Virus record (IMG/VR): IMGVR_UViG_3300037762_000184
Span: 1 to 64,000 of that record
Reading direction: 5' to 3' (one strand)
Length of the DNA: 64,000 nt
Origin: a virus
Lineage: Duplodnaviria; Caudoviricetes
In this document: positions 1 through 7,900 of the stretch, in pieces
How positions within the stretch are numbered: position 1 is the stretch's first letter
How the letters are laid out: each line of letters opens with the position of its first letter
The notes under the pieces: generated by a model
The model's input: only the letters and a program-made list of their open reading frames with translations
Database searches by the model: none
Told to the model about the DNA's origin: nothing
Program-made: the position numbers and the translations under genes

Positions 1-148
1 CTGCCGCCAAGTCCGTCATCGGGAACCACGCCCCCTCTTCGGCCATGTACCAGCGCACCGCCTCTTCGTAGGTGCCGAGGTCGTCGAGGAGGTCGTCGAA
101 AGCGCTGCGGCGGAGTCGGATGCGGAAGGTCGCGTAGAGGTCAGGCAT
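1..148 (-). CDS. hypothetical protein, runs off left edge
   Basis: ATG at 148 with GGGAGG SD, overlaps stop of the 141-347 ORF; open to position 1 (MPDLYATFRIRLRR...). Confidence 0.6.
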   Translation of the reverse strand, partial: MPDLYATFRIRLRRSAFDDLLDDLGTYEEAVRWYMAEEGAWFPMTDLAA

Positions 149-347
149 CGCAGCCTCCCCCTTCCGGCGGGTCGGCGGGGGTGCCCAGCTTCTCTGCCAG
201 CTCCCAGCCTGTTTCGTTCTTCGCCTTGTTGAGCGCCTGCGCTGCGCGGACCATCCCGGACCGATGCGCCAGATCCTCAAGGTTCTGGATCTTGTCGATC
301 AGGGCGGCGGCCTTGACCCGCATCAATGCTTCGTCTTCGTGTCGCAT
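141..347 (-). CDS. hypothetical phage protein
   Basis: 68-aa ORF, GGAGGAG SD, coupled to neighbours. Confidence 0.65.
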   Translation of the reverse strand: MRHEDEALMRVKAAALIDKIQNLEDLAHRSGMVRAAQALNKAKNETGWELAEKLGTPADPPEGGGCDA

Positions 348-683
348 CTACTCCTCCTCCCGCCCATCGGGGAGGGCGGCCCGAATGCGCCCGTGCTGGA
401 GGATGGAGTCCACCATCCAGTCGTAGCCACAGAAGCCGTCCGACGCCCTGCGCAGCTTGCGGGCGGTAGGCGCGTCCACCTCCTCGGCCCGGACTGCAGC
501 CGCCCAACCGTCACCGAAGTGGTACGTGTAGTACCCGCCGCCAGGGGGCGCGACGGGCGAGTCGTCAGGCCGAGTCGGCGGCTTGCGAAAGGACCGGACG
601 ATCACGTACCTCTTCGCCGCGCCGCTCCACTTGCCGTTCCAGGAGGCGACGCTGGGCATGGACAGGGCGAATGCGACCTGCAT
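348..683 (-). CDS. hypothetical phage protein
   Basis: abutting start/stop with both neighbours; MPSVASWNGKWSG segment. Confidence 0.65.
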   Translation of the reverse strand: MQVAFALSMPSVASWNGKWSGAAKRYVIVRSFRKPPTRPDDSPVAPPGGGYYTYHFGDGWAAAVRAEEVDAPTARKLRRASDGFCGYDWMVDSILQHGRIRAALPDGREEE

Positions 684-1052
684 CTAGTCGCCCCTTTGAT
701 TGTGCCGATCCGGTTCCATGCCGGCGCGCTGATAGATCAGCGCCACCATCGCTTCGGCGGCCTTAATCCCCGCCGAGGTAGCAGCGACACCGAACGTCAA
801 ATCGATGCTCGATTTCCCCCACTCCGGGTGGAAGAGGGCCACCTCCAACTGGCAGGCGAAGCGCTCTCCTGCACCCTTGGTGTGGCGGTGGCAGTCGTAG
901 AGGCCGAGGTTGAGGAAGTACCGCGTCGCCTCGCCCACCTCAACTCGCCGCTGGAAGAAGCGGTCGGCGTTCGACAGCACCACTGGAGAACCCGGGAACT
1001 CCCGATAGCCGGCAGCCAGAATCGTCTCGACGATCGCCTGTTCCTCGCTCAC
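684..1052 (-). CDS. hypothetical protein
   Basis: GTG start overlapping upstream stop, GGAGAG SD; globular composition. Confidence 0.6.
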   Translation of the reverse strand: MSEEQAIVETILAAGYREFPGSPVVLSNADRFFQRRVEVGEATRYFLNLGLYDCHRHTKGAGERFACQLEVALFHPEWGKSSIDLTFGVAATSAGIKAAEAMVALIYQRAGMEPDRHNQRGD

Positions 1053-1282
1053 TTCGTCTCCTCTCCGCCGCCCCGCACCACCCGGATGAGCGCGAGCACG
1101 GTCAGGCATTTCGGGCACGTCACGGCCTCATCGCGGATGGTCCAGCTCGCTCGCCGGCCAGAGATCGCGCGGGGAAACTTGAAGCAGAGCGCGCTCACAT
1201 TGCCGCGGTCGTCCATCAGGTGCGCCCGGTGGTAGAACTTCGCGTCCCCGTAGGGGTCGGTTTTCCGCTTCGGCCGGGTCAT
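1049..1282 (-). CDS. small Cys/His (zinc-binding-like) protein
   Basis: H...C...CxxC pattern (HLMD, ALCF, VTCPKC); coupled overlaps. Confidence 0.6.
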   Translation of the reverse strand: MTRPKRKTDPYGDAKFYHRAHLMDDRGNVSALCFKFPRAISGRRASWTIRDEAVTCPKCLTVLALIRVVRGGGEETK

Positions 1283-1539
1283 CAGGAGTGCTCTCCGCCG
1301 CCCCGGAGGGGCGACAACAGCGCCAGCAGGGCCTCGACGCGCCGCCCGAGAAAGCCGTTGATCTCGCCGCTAAGGTTGATCCAGCGGTGGTTTGCCCAGC
1401 CCTGCAATTGGTAGGAGCCATTCCTCATGCGGATCAGTCGCTGTTGGAATGGTCTGCGAACGCCGACGCGCTCTTCCTCCCATGAGTCCAGGACCGTGAA
1501 CGGAAGGCGCACGTCGCGCGCCTTGGTTGCCTTGGTCAT
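1282..1539 (-). CDS. hypothetical protein
   Basis: ATG 1539 with GGAGGAAGG SD; 3' part of the 1282-2130 ORF. Confidence 0.55.
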   Translation of the reverse strand: MTKATKARDVRLPFTVLDSWEEERVGVRRPFQQRLIRMRNGSYQLQGWANHRWINLSGEINGFLGRRVEALLALLSPLRGGGEHS

Positions 1540-1796
1540 CCTTCCTCCCCGCCGCTCCGCCGCTCCGGCAGCATCCGCCAGTACCGAGCCGGAGCCTCCG
1601 GCAGGGGCTCCAGCGGGACAAGCCCCTCCTCCTTGCAGATCAACTCGTGACCGTCCATGTTGGCGTGAAGGGCCTTCAGCACGCCGGTTAGCGAGTCCGC
1701 GCTGGCGCAGAGGTCGAACTCCAAGCACTGAGCCACCCACCTCTCGGCGTCGGTTTCGCGGAAGCAGACGATCGTCATCGCGGCCTTCGTCATCAC
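1536..1796 (-). CDS. HicB-like (RNase H-like fold) antitoxin-domain protein
   Basis: WVAQCLEFDLCASADSLTGVLKAL resembles the HicB N-terminal pattern. Confidence 0.55.
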   Translation of the reverse strand: MMTKAAMTIVCFRETDAERWVAQCLEFDLCASADSLTGVLKALHANMDGHELICKEEGLVPLEPLPEAPARYWRMLPERRSGGEEG

Positions 1797-2389
1797 GTCT
1801 CCGTTCTCTTCGCGGGGCTCCGCCGGGACGGCTCCTCACCCCGCAGCAGCCTGTCGAGCGGTTCGTGGTCGATACCGAGCCCTGCGTACTTCGAGGGCTC
1901 TGCCGCATCGTTCTGCTGCTGGTCGTCGTCGAGCAGCCGGCCGAAGATGTTGATTGCCGTGTCGCGAATGTAGACAGGCCGCAGCAGGTCGCGGAGAGAG
2001 TCGAAGAGGGCCTGATTGACTCGTCGCGCGAGGGGCGATGCTTCGCGCCAGTTCTCGGCGCGCGGGTTGCGGAAGTCGCTCCTGACGCCCTCCAGCGCGA
2101 AGTACCCGACGCCGTAGGCCAGCGCCGCACCGTGGGTCACCACTCGCAGGAACACGTCGGGCTCCGCTGTCGTCAATGCGTAGGCGGCGAGGTCTTTGTA
2201 GGGGTCAGAGCCGCCGGCTGGCGGGCCAAAACGACGCCACAGGTATGCGAATGCCACCAGCCCGGACCCTCCATCCTTCGCACGCTCGCCAAGGGCGTCG
2301 ACTGCTAACGCGTGGCCGTCGACAAGGTTGTCTCCGAATCCGAGGCAACCAAAGACGGGGCCGGGGAAGCGGGTCACCTTTTCAACCAT
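1793..2389 (-). CDS. hypothetical protein
   Basis: ATG 2389 with AGGAGAG SD, coupled overlaps. Confidence 0.6.
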   Translation of the reverse strand: MVEKVTRFPGPVFGCLGFGDNLVDGHALAVDALGERAKDGGSGLVAFAYLWRRFGPPAGGSDPYKDLAAYALTTAEPDVFLRVVTHGAALAYGVGYFALEGVRSDFRNPRAENWREASPLARRVNQALFDSLRDLLRPVYIRDTAINIFGRLLDDDQQQNDAAEPSKYAGLGIDHEPLDRLLRGEEPSRRSPAKRTET

Positions 2390-2600
2390 TGCAACTCTCC
2401 TTGCTCGCGCTCCGCCGGGACGGCGAGAGCCGGTCGTCGATCCGCGCCCGGTACTCCTGCTCGGCGGCGGCGTCTTCGAGGGCGAGGCGAATCCAGTCAC
2501 CGAGCTTGCGGTCCACGGCGTCGGCCAGGGCCTGCCATCGCGTACGCTGCGCTGGTGTGGCGCGTAAGCTCAACCGCTCCGTTTTCTGCGTGTCTCGCAT
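2382..2600 (-). CDS. ribbon-helix-helix DNA-binding protein, divergent from integrase
   Basis: ERLSLRATPAQRTRWQALADAVDRKLGDWIRLAL: beta-strand plus two helices, RHH pattern. Confidence 0.7.
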   Translation of the reverse strand: MRDTQKTERLSLRATPAQRTRWQALADAVDRKLGDWIRLALEDAAAEQEYRARIDDRLSPSRRSASKESCNG

Positions 2601-2616
2601 TGTCAGACTCTAGCAC

Positions 2617-2814
2617 GTTCGCGCACGGTTTGCACCTCCATGACGGACCCGGAACAGCAAGTCGTTGACTCTAAAAGACCTTCACTCATCGCGCCGCGTT
2701 CTCCATTGCGACATGCCATCCCCTGCGGGGAGTGTCCCTCCTCTGCCATATCGTCTCCCGGCGCCGGATTACCGCCCTCAACACTACCCGTGGTGTGGAT
2801 CGGTTCGCGCACGG
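2617..2814. other. putative attP region
   Basis: 12-bp direct repeat GTTCGCGCACGG at 2617-2628 and 2803-2814 directly upstream of the integrase, as for arm-type sites. Confidence 0.4.
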
Positions 2815-2845
2815 GGAGCGCACCGGCGATGTAGACTCGCCGGCC

Positions 2846-4162
2846 GTGCCGAGGCTGCCGGACACCGACCGCGCGATTCGAGGGCTCCAGCCCGCCGACC
2901 GCCCCGTTGACTATCGGGACGGCGGCTTTCACCGGGGCGGCGGATCGCTGTTCCTGCGCGTCGCCGTGACGGGTCGGAAGCGGTGGTACTTCACCTACAA
3001 CCGGCCGAGCGAGGTGGTCAAGGCTCGCGGCTCCCACTACCCGCGGGCGACCATTGCGGGCGACTTGTTCCCGACGGTCGGCCTCGCCGCCGCGCGCGCC
3101 TGGGCCGCGGGTATGCGATCGCAGGTCTTCGCCAACATCGACCCCAAGCCGGCCCGGATCGCCCAGCCGACGCTCCGCGAGCTGATTGCCGAATACGGTC
3201 ACCGCGTCGGCAAGAGGGCGAGGAGTTGGCCACAGGCGGACACCTACCTCAAGGCGCACGTCCTCGATTGGGGCAAGGACAGGCTCGGCGTGCCGTTGGG
3301 CGATATGCCGGTGGGGGCCATCACCACGCCGATGCTCGTGGACTGTCTCGACGCCGTGGTCGAAGGCGGGGCGCCGGCCAGCGCGAACCGCCTGAAGTCC
3401 ATCCTGTCGCCGATCTTCAAGTGGGCGCAGCAGCGAGGACGCGTCGAGGCCAACCCGCTTGCCGGCCTGCCACTGCCGGCGCCGAAGCGGAGCCGCGACC
3501 GCACGTTGTCGGATCGGGAGATCATCACGTTCTGGCGCCTCGCCGAGGAGGTGGCGCCACACCGCGCCTCGTGGGGCCTGCGCCTCGTGCTCGCCACCGG
3601 GCAGCGACCCGGTGAGGTTCTGTGCTTCGAGCCCTCGGAGCTGGCCTGGGAGCACGCGGTCAACTTGCCGGACGGATCGCGCTGGGAGGGGGCCGCCTGG
3701 ATCATCCCGAAGGCGAAGCACAAGACCGGACGGCGTCTCATCGCCACCGGCAAGGCCGACCAGGCGCGAGACCACGTGGTGCCGCTCTCCGGCCTCGCCG
3801 CCCAACTCTTCCGCCTCGCCCTCGACAATCCCGTCTCCGACGACTACCCGCTGCTCAAGACCCCGCCGCCGGCCGACATGAACCCGGCCTTCCACGGGCG
3901 CAACGATCTCGGAACCTTCCGCCGCGAGATGGAGCACTGGACGCCACAAGACCTTCGCCGCACCGCCTACACCGGTATGACATCCCTCGGCATCCCGCGC
4001 GATACGGTCGAGGCGGTGGTCGGGCACAGCGTCCGCGGCGTGGCCGGAGTCTATGACCGCTACTCCTACCTGAGGGAGAAGGCGCGCGCGCTCGAAGCTT
4101 GGGGGCGGCACCTGGATGCTCGGGTTAGCGGCCGAGAGGCGGCCGTGGTTCGGATCGGCTAG
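2846..4162 (+). CDS. int: tyrosine integrase with N-terminal arm-binding domain (P4/IntA-like)
   Basis: arm domain (TDRAIRGLQP...LFLRVAVTGRKRWYFTY); catalytic GQRPGE, QDLRR (H to Q), VGH, GVYDR; GTG 2846 preferred over ATG 2732. Confidence 0.92.
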   Translation: MPRLPDTDRAIRGLQPADRPVDYRDGGFHRGGGSLFLRVAVTGRKRWYFTYNRPSEVVKARGSHYPRATIAGDLFPTVGLAAARAWAAGMRSQVFANIDPKPARIAQPTLRELIAEYGHRVGKRARSWPQADTYLKAHVLDWGKDRLGVPLGDMPVGAITTPMLVDCLDAVVEGGAPASANRLKSILSPIFKWAQQRGRVEANPLAGLPLPAPKRSRDRTLSDREIITFWRLAEEVAPHRASWGLRLVLATGQRPGEVLCFEPSELAWEHAVNLPDGSRWEGAAWIIPKAKHKTGRRLIATGKADQARDHVVPLSGLAAQLFRLALDNPVSDDYPLLKTPPPADMNPAFHGRNDLGTFRREMEHWTPQDLRRTAYTGMTSLGIPRDTVEAVVGHSVRGVAGVYDRYSYLREKARALEAWGRHLDARVSGREAAVVRIG

Positions 4163-4164
4163 CG

Positions 4165-4401
4165 TCACTGCGCGGCTCGCTTCGCCAAGCTCGACAGCTC
4201 CAGCAGTTGCCGACGCATCCCCTCTTCCGCCCTGACCGCCGCTGCGAGCTCTCGCTCCAGCCGCTTCGCGTCCTTGAGCTTGGTGACGGGCCACTCCTCG
4301 GTAGTCCAACGACCGCCGCAACCCAAACACTCGCGACGCCGACGCGCGCCCCTCTTCTCGAGGACGCGGACGTTGGCGGAGTTGCAGGAAGGGCAGAGCA
4401 T
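4165..4401 (-). CDS. NrdR-like zinc-ribbon protein without ATP-cone
   Basis: MLCPSCNSANVRVLEKRGARRRRECLGCGGRWTTEE matches the NrdR N-terminal Zn ribbon. Confidence 0.7.
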   Translation of the reverse strand: MLCPSCNSANVRVLEKRGARRRRECLGCGGRWTTEEWPVTKLKDAKRLERELAAAVRAEEGMRRQLLELSSLAKRAAQ

Positions 4402-4454
4402 TGTTCAGGCCGCCAGCAGCTCCGGCAGGGCCTCCATAAGGAGGGGGGCGGAGG

Positions 4455-4946
4455 TCACCGGGAGTCCCGCGAGTTGATGTCCTTGAAGCAGGTCCGGCAG
4501 TGGTGGCGCCGGAGGGCGGACAGCAGCAGCGGCGTCTCGTTAGCCAGGACCGCCAAGTCGACCGGCTGATCGCGGATCGCCCCCCTCTGTGGGCAGCGCG
4601 GCGATCGGAGCACCGTGCGCACCGTCTTGGTGTGCGCCTCCAAGAGCCCCCAACCGTCCGGCGCTTCCTCCGGCATCACGATCCCGGGCGGGGTCAGATA
4701 CCAGCGCTCTTGACCGAGCCCGACGCCGCCGCGGTGCGGCTTGCCCTGGTCGCGGAGGAAGTCGCGGCGGTCGGCCTTCGCCTCGACGAGGATCGACCAG
4801 CGCTCGCTCACCCGCCAGCCGATCGCGTCCGGCGTCTCATACAAGGTCGAGGTCATCTCGGTCAGCACTACCGAGCAGCCGCGCGTCTTCCGCAGCCAGC
4901 GCTCGGCCCGCTCTACCAACTCGGCGTGCGTCAGTGGGTCATCCAT
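4455..4946 (-). CDS. putative PD-(D/E)xK nuclease-fold protein
   Basis: ETPDAIGW...SILVEAKADRRDFLRDQGKP...GQERWYLTP. Confidence 0.6.
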   Translation of the reverse strand: MDDPLTHAELVERAERWLRKTRGCSVVLTEMTSTLYETPDAIGWRVSERWSILVEAKADRRDFLRDQGKPHRGGVGLGQERWYLTPPGIVMPEEAPDGWGLLEAHTKTVRTVLRSPRCPQRGAIRDQPVDLAVLANETPLLLSALRRHHCRTCFKDINSRDSR

Positions 4947-5057
4947 GCTTCCTCCTCGGCCACGCCTGCCGCCCTTCAGCGCGAACCATCCGCGATGGTG
5001 GCCGCCCGCACGCGGTTGCCGCAGCGATAGCAGACGAACTCGACGAGGTTCCACCCC

Positions 5058-5402
5058 TCAGCCATGCCGCCCCCTATCCGGCCGGCGGAACCGCGGGACG
5101 AACGCGCCGGGGCCGACTTCAGGCTGCCGCTGGTAGCCGAGCGCCAGCATCGCCTCCTCGTGCTCCGCCGCCACGCTGATGACCGGGAGCACCTTGCCGT
5201 GCCCGCAGCAGCTCGCCACCGTCTTGATGCCGAGCGCCCACAGCCCTTGCACCTCAGCGGCGATGCAGGAGTCGACGTCGACGGGCGTCCGGGAGTACCA
5301 GCCGACGGGCGGCTCCAAGGCCACGCTGTTGGCGTAGCTGCCTAGTTCGATACCCCGGCAGGCGCAGACCGCCAGGTCGCCGGGCTTAGGTGCCTCAGCC
5401 AC
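5058..5402 (-). CDS. conserved-type phage hypothetical protein
   Basis: VDVDSCIAAEVQGLWALGIKTVASCCGHG; GTG with GGAGG SD. Confidence 0.65.
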   Translation of the reverse strand: MAEAPKPGDLAVCACRGIELGSYANSVALEPPVGWYSRTPVDVDSCIAAEVQGLWALGIKTVASCCGHGKVLPVISVAAEHEEAMLALGYQRQPEVGPGAFVPRFRRPDRGRHG

Positions 5403-5709
5403 GCCCCCTCCTCGGCCACACCTGCCGGGGCCAGCCGCCAGCGCCGAGCATGGCTCCGTACCGGAGCTTCTCCCTCGCCAGGCGCTCGGCGTACGGAGCG
5501 TCGTAGCGGCCACGGCGGCGGCACCAGTACTCAAAGGCCATCACGGACCGGACCTCTTCAAGCGTCAGTCCGTAGTCCTTAGCCAGCGCCTCGCCGAACT
5601 CGCCGCCCATCACCCTGTCGTAGATGACGCTCGTCAGGCACCACTTGCCCGCCACCAGCGGTTTGCCGTAGCCGAGCGAGGGGTGGACCACGATCCGGGG
5701 CTCAGCCAT
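5395..5709 (-). CDS. DUF433-family protein
   Basis: RIVVHPSLGYGKPLVAG...EALAKDYGLTLEEVRSVMAF. Confidence 0.75.
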   Translation of the reverse strand: MAEPRIVVHPSLGYGKPLVAGKWCLTSVIYDRVMGGEFGEALAKDYGLTLEEVRSVMAFEYWCRRRGRYDAPYAERLAREKLRYGAMLGAGGWPRQVWPRRGRG

Positions 5710-7324
5710 TCCGGGCCTCCCCCTCCCCCTCGACTGCGGAGAGCAACCGCTCCCCGATCCAGCGGCTGACCGAGGCGGTGACGGCGTTGCCCATTTGCCT
5801 ATACCGCGCAGAGTCGGACAGCTCGATCCGCTCGCCGCCCGCCGTCAGGCCCCATTCGTTCCAGTCGTCAGGGAACGCTTGGAGGCGCGCGCACTCGACG
5901 GGCGTCAATCGGCGGGGGATGGCGGTCATGACGGCGCCAGGTCCCTCGCTCGTCAGCGCGTCGCTCAGTCCGTCGTCTTTGATCCCCACCTGATTGCTCG
6001 ACAGGCTGTTGCGGAGGATGCGGGGGTGGACGTAGGTCAGCGGGATCGGCGCCAGCACCCCGTCCACCTGCGTTCCGCTCGGCTCCCCGTTGAGCGAGGC
6101 GTGGACCCCCCGCAGCCGGCCCTCCCGGCGCTGGTTCACTGAGAAGGCGACGGCTGGCGTCTTCGTGGTTCCGAGCGCCGGGCACTGCTCGCCAGGGTTC
6201 ATGCTCTGGCTGGCGCTCGCCTTCGGCTGGAAGGCCATCGGCTCCACGATGAGCCCGCTCGTGCAGTCTGAATCCGGCCCTCTCTGCTCTCTCCCCCTGA
6301 CGCACGGCGCCGTCTGCGCCACCAGCGGCGTCCCTCGCCCCGATCCGTCCTCGCTGGCGTCGAAGCCTTCGCCCCGAAGGGTGTGGGCGACGAAGGGCAC
6401 CCCGCTTCCAACGCCGTCGCCCTTGAGCGTCCCCATCGGGCCGACGTTGGAGCCGTGGCACTGAGCGACGAAGACAAGATTCGGGGGTCCGCCGTTGCGG
6501 TCGGAGTTGTCGAGCTGCTTGCCGTAGTTCGCGGTCAGCGTGGCGGCGACCACGTGCCCCGCCTGCGCCCGGTTGTCGTCGGGTCCGCCATCCGAAGCCC
6601 GGAGCGCCGCCACTACCTGCCCTCCGGCCACCTCATCCGCTCCTAGTCGGTGTCCGCGGCTCGCGCCTCCAGCGCAGCCAAGAGCGCTGACGGCAACTCG
6701 CGCCCCCGCTTCTCGGCTCGGCGGAGAATCCCCCGACACGCACGGGCACTCAAGAAGTAGCGATGGTCGACATTCGACTCCAGCACCTGCGACAACGAAC
6801 ACACGACGGCGTCGCTGCGCCACTCCTCGAAACTGGCTGTCCAACACGCTCCAACAGGCCCAGCGGAGGGGGCCGGCGATGCAGCCGCCGTTCCTCCATC
6901 CGCCTTCGGGGACTGCGGGTCGCCATCCGGTGAAGCCCTCCAGTACCACAGCGAAGTCCTCTCCTCGCTGGCTGGAGAGCAGACCAGGGACGTTCTCAAA
7001 CACGATCCAGCGGGGAGCGAGCTGATCAGCGATGCGTACTCCCTCCACGAAGAGCCCGGACCGCTCGCCATCCAGGCCCGCGCGACGTCCAGCGACCGAC
7101 AGGTCCTGGCAGGGGCTGCCGAAGGCGAAAACATCAACTGCTGGGAGGTTGTGGGCGCCGCAGTCATGTACGTCCTCCAGAATCAAGGAGTCGGGATAGT
7201 GGCGCCGCAGCACCGCTCGACAGTGGGGGTCGATCTCGACGTGGAACAGGCCGCGCATCCCGGCCGCGTCGAAGCCGCAGCCGAAACCCTCGATGCCGGA
7301 AAAGACGGTGCCGTAGGTCAGCAC
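5702..7324 (-). CDS. dcm: DNA (cytosine-5) methyltransferase
   Basis: motifs I FSGIEG, IV GSPCQD, VI ENVPG, VIII QRRRRVF, IX RRLTPVECARLQAFPD, X YRQMGNAV. Confidence 0.95.
   Translation of the reverse strand: MLTYGTVFSGIEGFGCGFDAAGMRGLFHVEIDPHCRAVLRRHYPDSLILEDVHDCGAHNLPAVDVFAFGSPCQDLSVAGRRAGLDGERSGLFVEGVRIADQLAPRWIVFENVPGLLSSQRGEDFAVVLEGFTGWRPAVPEGGWRNGGCIAGPLRWACWSVLDSQFRGVAQRRRRVFVVAGAGVECRPSLLLECPCVSGDSPPSREAGARVAVSALGCAGGASRGHRLGADEVAGGQVVAALRASDGGPDDNRAQAGHVVAATLTANYGKQLDNSDRNGGPPNLVFVAQCHGSNVGPMGTLKGDGVGSGVPFVAHTLRGEGFDASEDGSGRGTPLVAQTAPCVRGREQRGPDSDCTSGLIVEPMAFQPKASASQSMNPGEQCPALGTTKTPAVAFSVNQRREGRLRGVHASLNGEPSGTQVDGVLAPIPLTYVHPRILRNSLSSNQVGIKDDGLSDALTSEGPGAVMTAIPRRLTPVECARLQAFPDDWNEWGLTAGGERIELSDSARYRQMGNAVTASVSRWIGERLLSAVEGEGEARNG
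6643..7167 (-). CDS. overlapping alternative-frame protein nested in the MTase gene
   Basis: 174-aa same-strand ORF in another frame, GGAGG 6 nt upstream of ATG; C-terminal SLSQVLE...RYFLSARACRGILRRAEKRGRELP. Confidence 0.6.
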   Translation of the reverse strand: MTAAPTTSQQLMFSPSAAPARTCRSLDVARAWMASGPGSSWREYASLISSLPAGSCLRTSLVCSPASEERTSLWYWRASPDGDPQSPKADGGTAAASPAPSAGPVGACWTASFEEWRSDAVVCSLSQVLESNVDHRYFLSARACRGILRRAEKRGRELPSALLAALEARAADTD

Positions 7325-7554
7325 CCCTCCACCTCCACCCTCGCCCCCGGCGTCCTCGGCCGCTCTCCGCGCTCAGGCTGGAGCACACGCTCCATCGCCA
7401 GCCGGCAGTCCCCGCACTCGGGAGCGCAATCCCAGGCGAGGTGACGACGGCCCCGGTCCTGACGGTCATGCCATCGCGTCTTGCAGCCCGGGCACTTCCA
7501 CCAGCCGGGAACGTAGCCGGGCGGGTAGCCGGTGGCGGGGTCGAGGTCAGGCAT
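7318..7554 (-). CDS. small zinc-binding protein
   Basis: MPDLDPATG...WKCPGC...CAPECGDC. Confidence 0.55.
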   Translation of the reverse strand: MPDLDPATGYPPGYVPGWWKCPGCKTRWHDRQDRGRRHLAWDCAPECGDCRLAMERVLQPERGERPRTPGARVEVEGC

Positions 7555-7900
7555 CTCGCTTCGCCTCCAGCTTCCGCTGCCAGCGCCGGATGACGGCCTT
7601 GACGCGCTTCCGGTGCGCCTGGAAGTACCGACCATCCCGCCGGCTCCAGTCGATACCGTAGAGCTTGTCCAGGCGGCCGGCGAGGACGGCCATGTCTTCG
7701 TCGGTTACCGATCGCTCCGGCAGGCTGACGACGTCGCAGCCGCTCGGCGCGTGCGTGAGGCGGCGCAGTCGCTCGCCAGTCCGGTCCTCGACGTGAATCG
7801 CCCACGACCCGCGGGTGATACCGGTGGTCGTGGTCCCCAGGTAACGCCACTTCGTCACGAGGTCGACGTGCGCCTCGGTCCAGCCGGCGAGATCAGGCAT
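7547..7900 (-). CDS. hypothetical protein
   Basis: GGGAGG SD, coupled overlaps. Confidence 0.6.
   Translation of the reverse strand: MPDLAGWTEAHVDLVTKWRYLGTTTTGITRGSWAIHVEDRTGERLRRLTHAPSGCDVVSLPERSVTDEDMAVLAGRLDKLYGIDWSRRDGRYFQAHRKRVKAVIRRWQRKLEAKRDA

Noticed and set aside
2655-2690. tRNA fragment in attP (GACTCTAAA looks like an anticodon loop)
   Set aside because: No complementary stem, T-loop or CCA. No tRNA or rRNA gene was recognised anywhere in the window.
2603-4330. 575-aa minus-strand ORF
   Set aside because: Antisense shadow of the integrase, expected in GC-rich DNA; no motifs.
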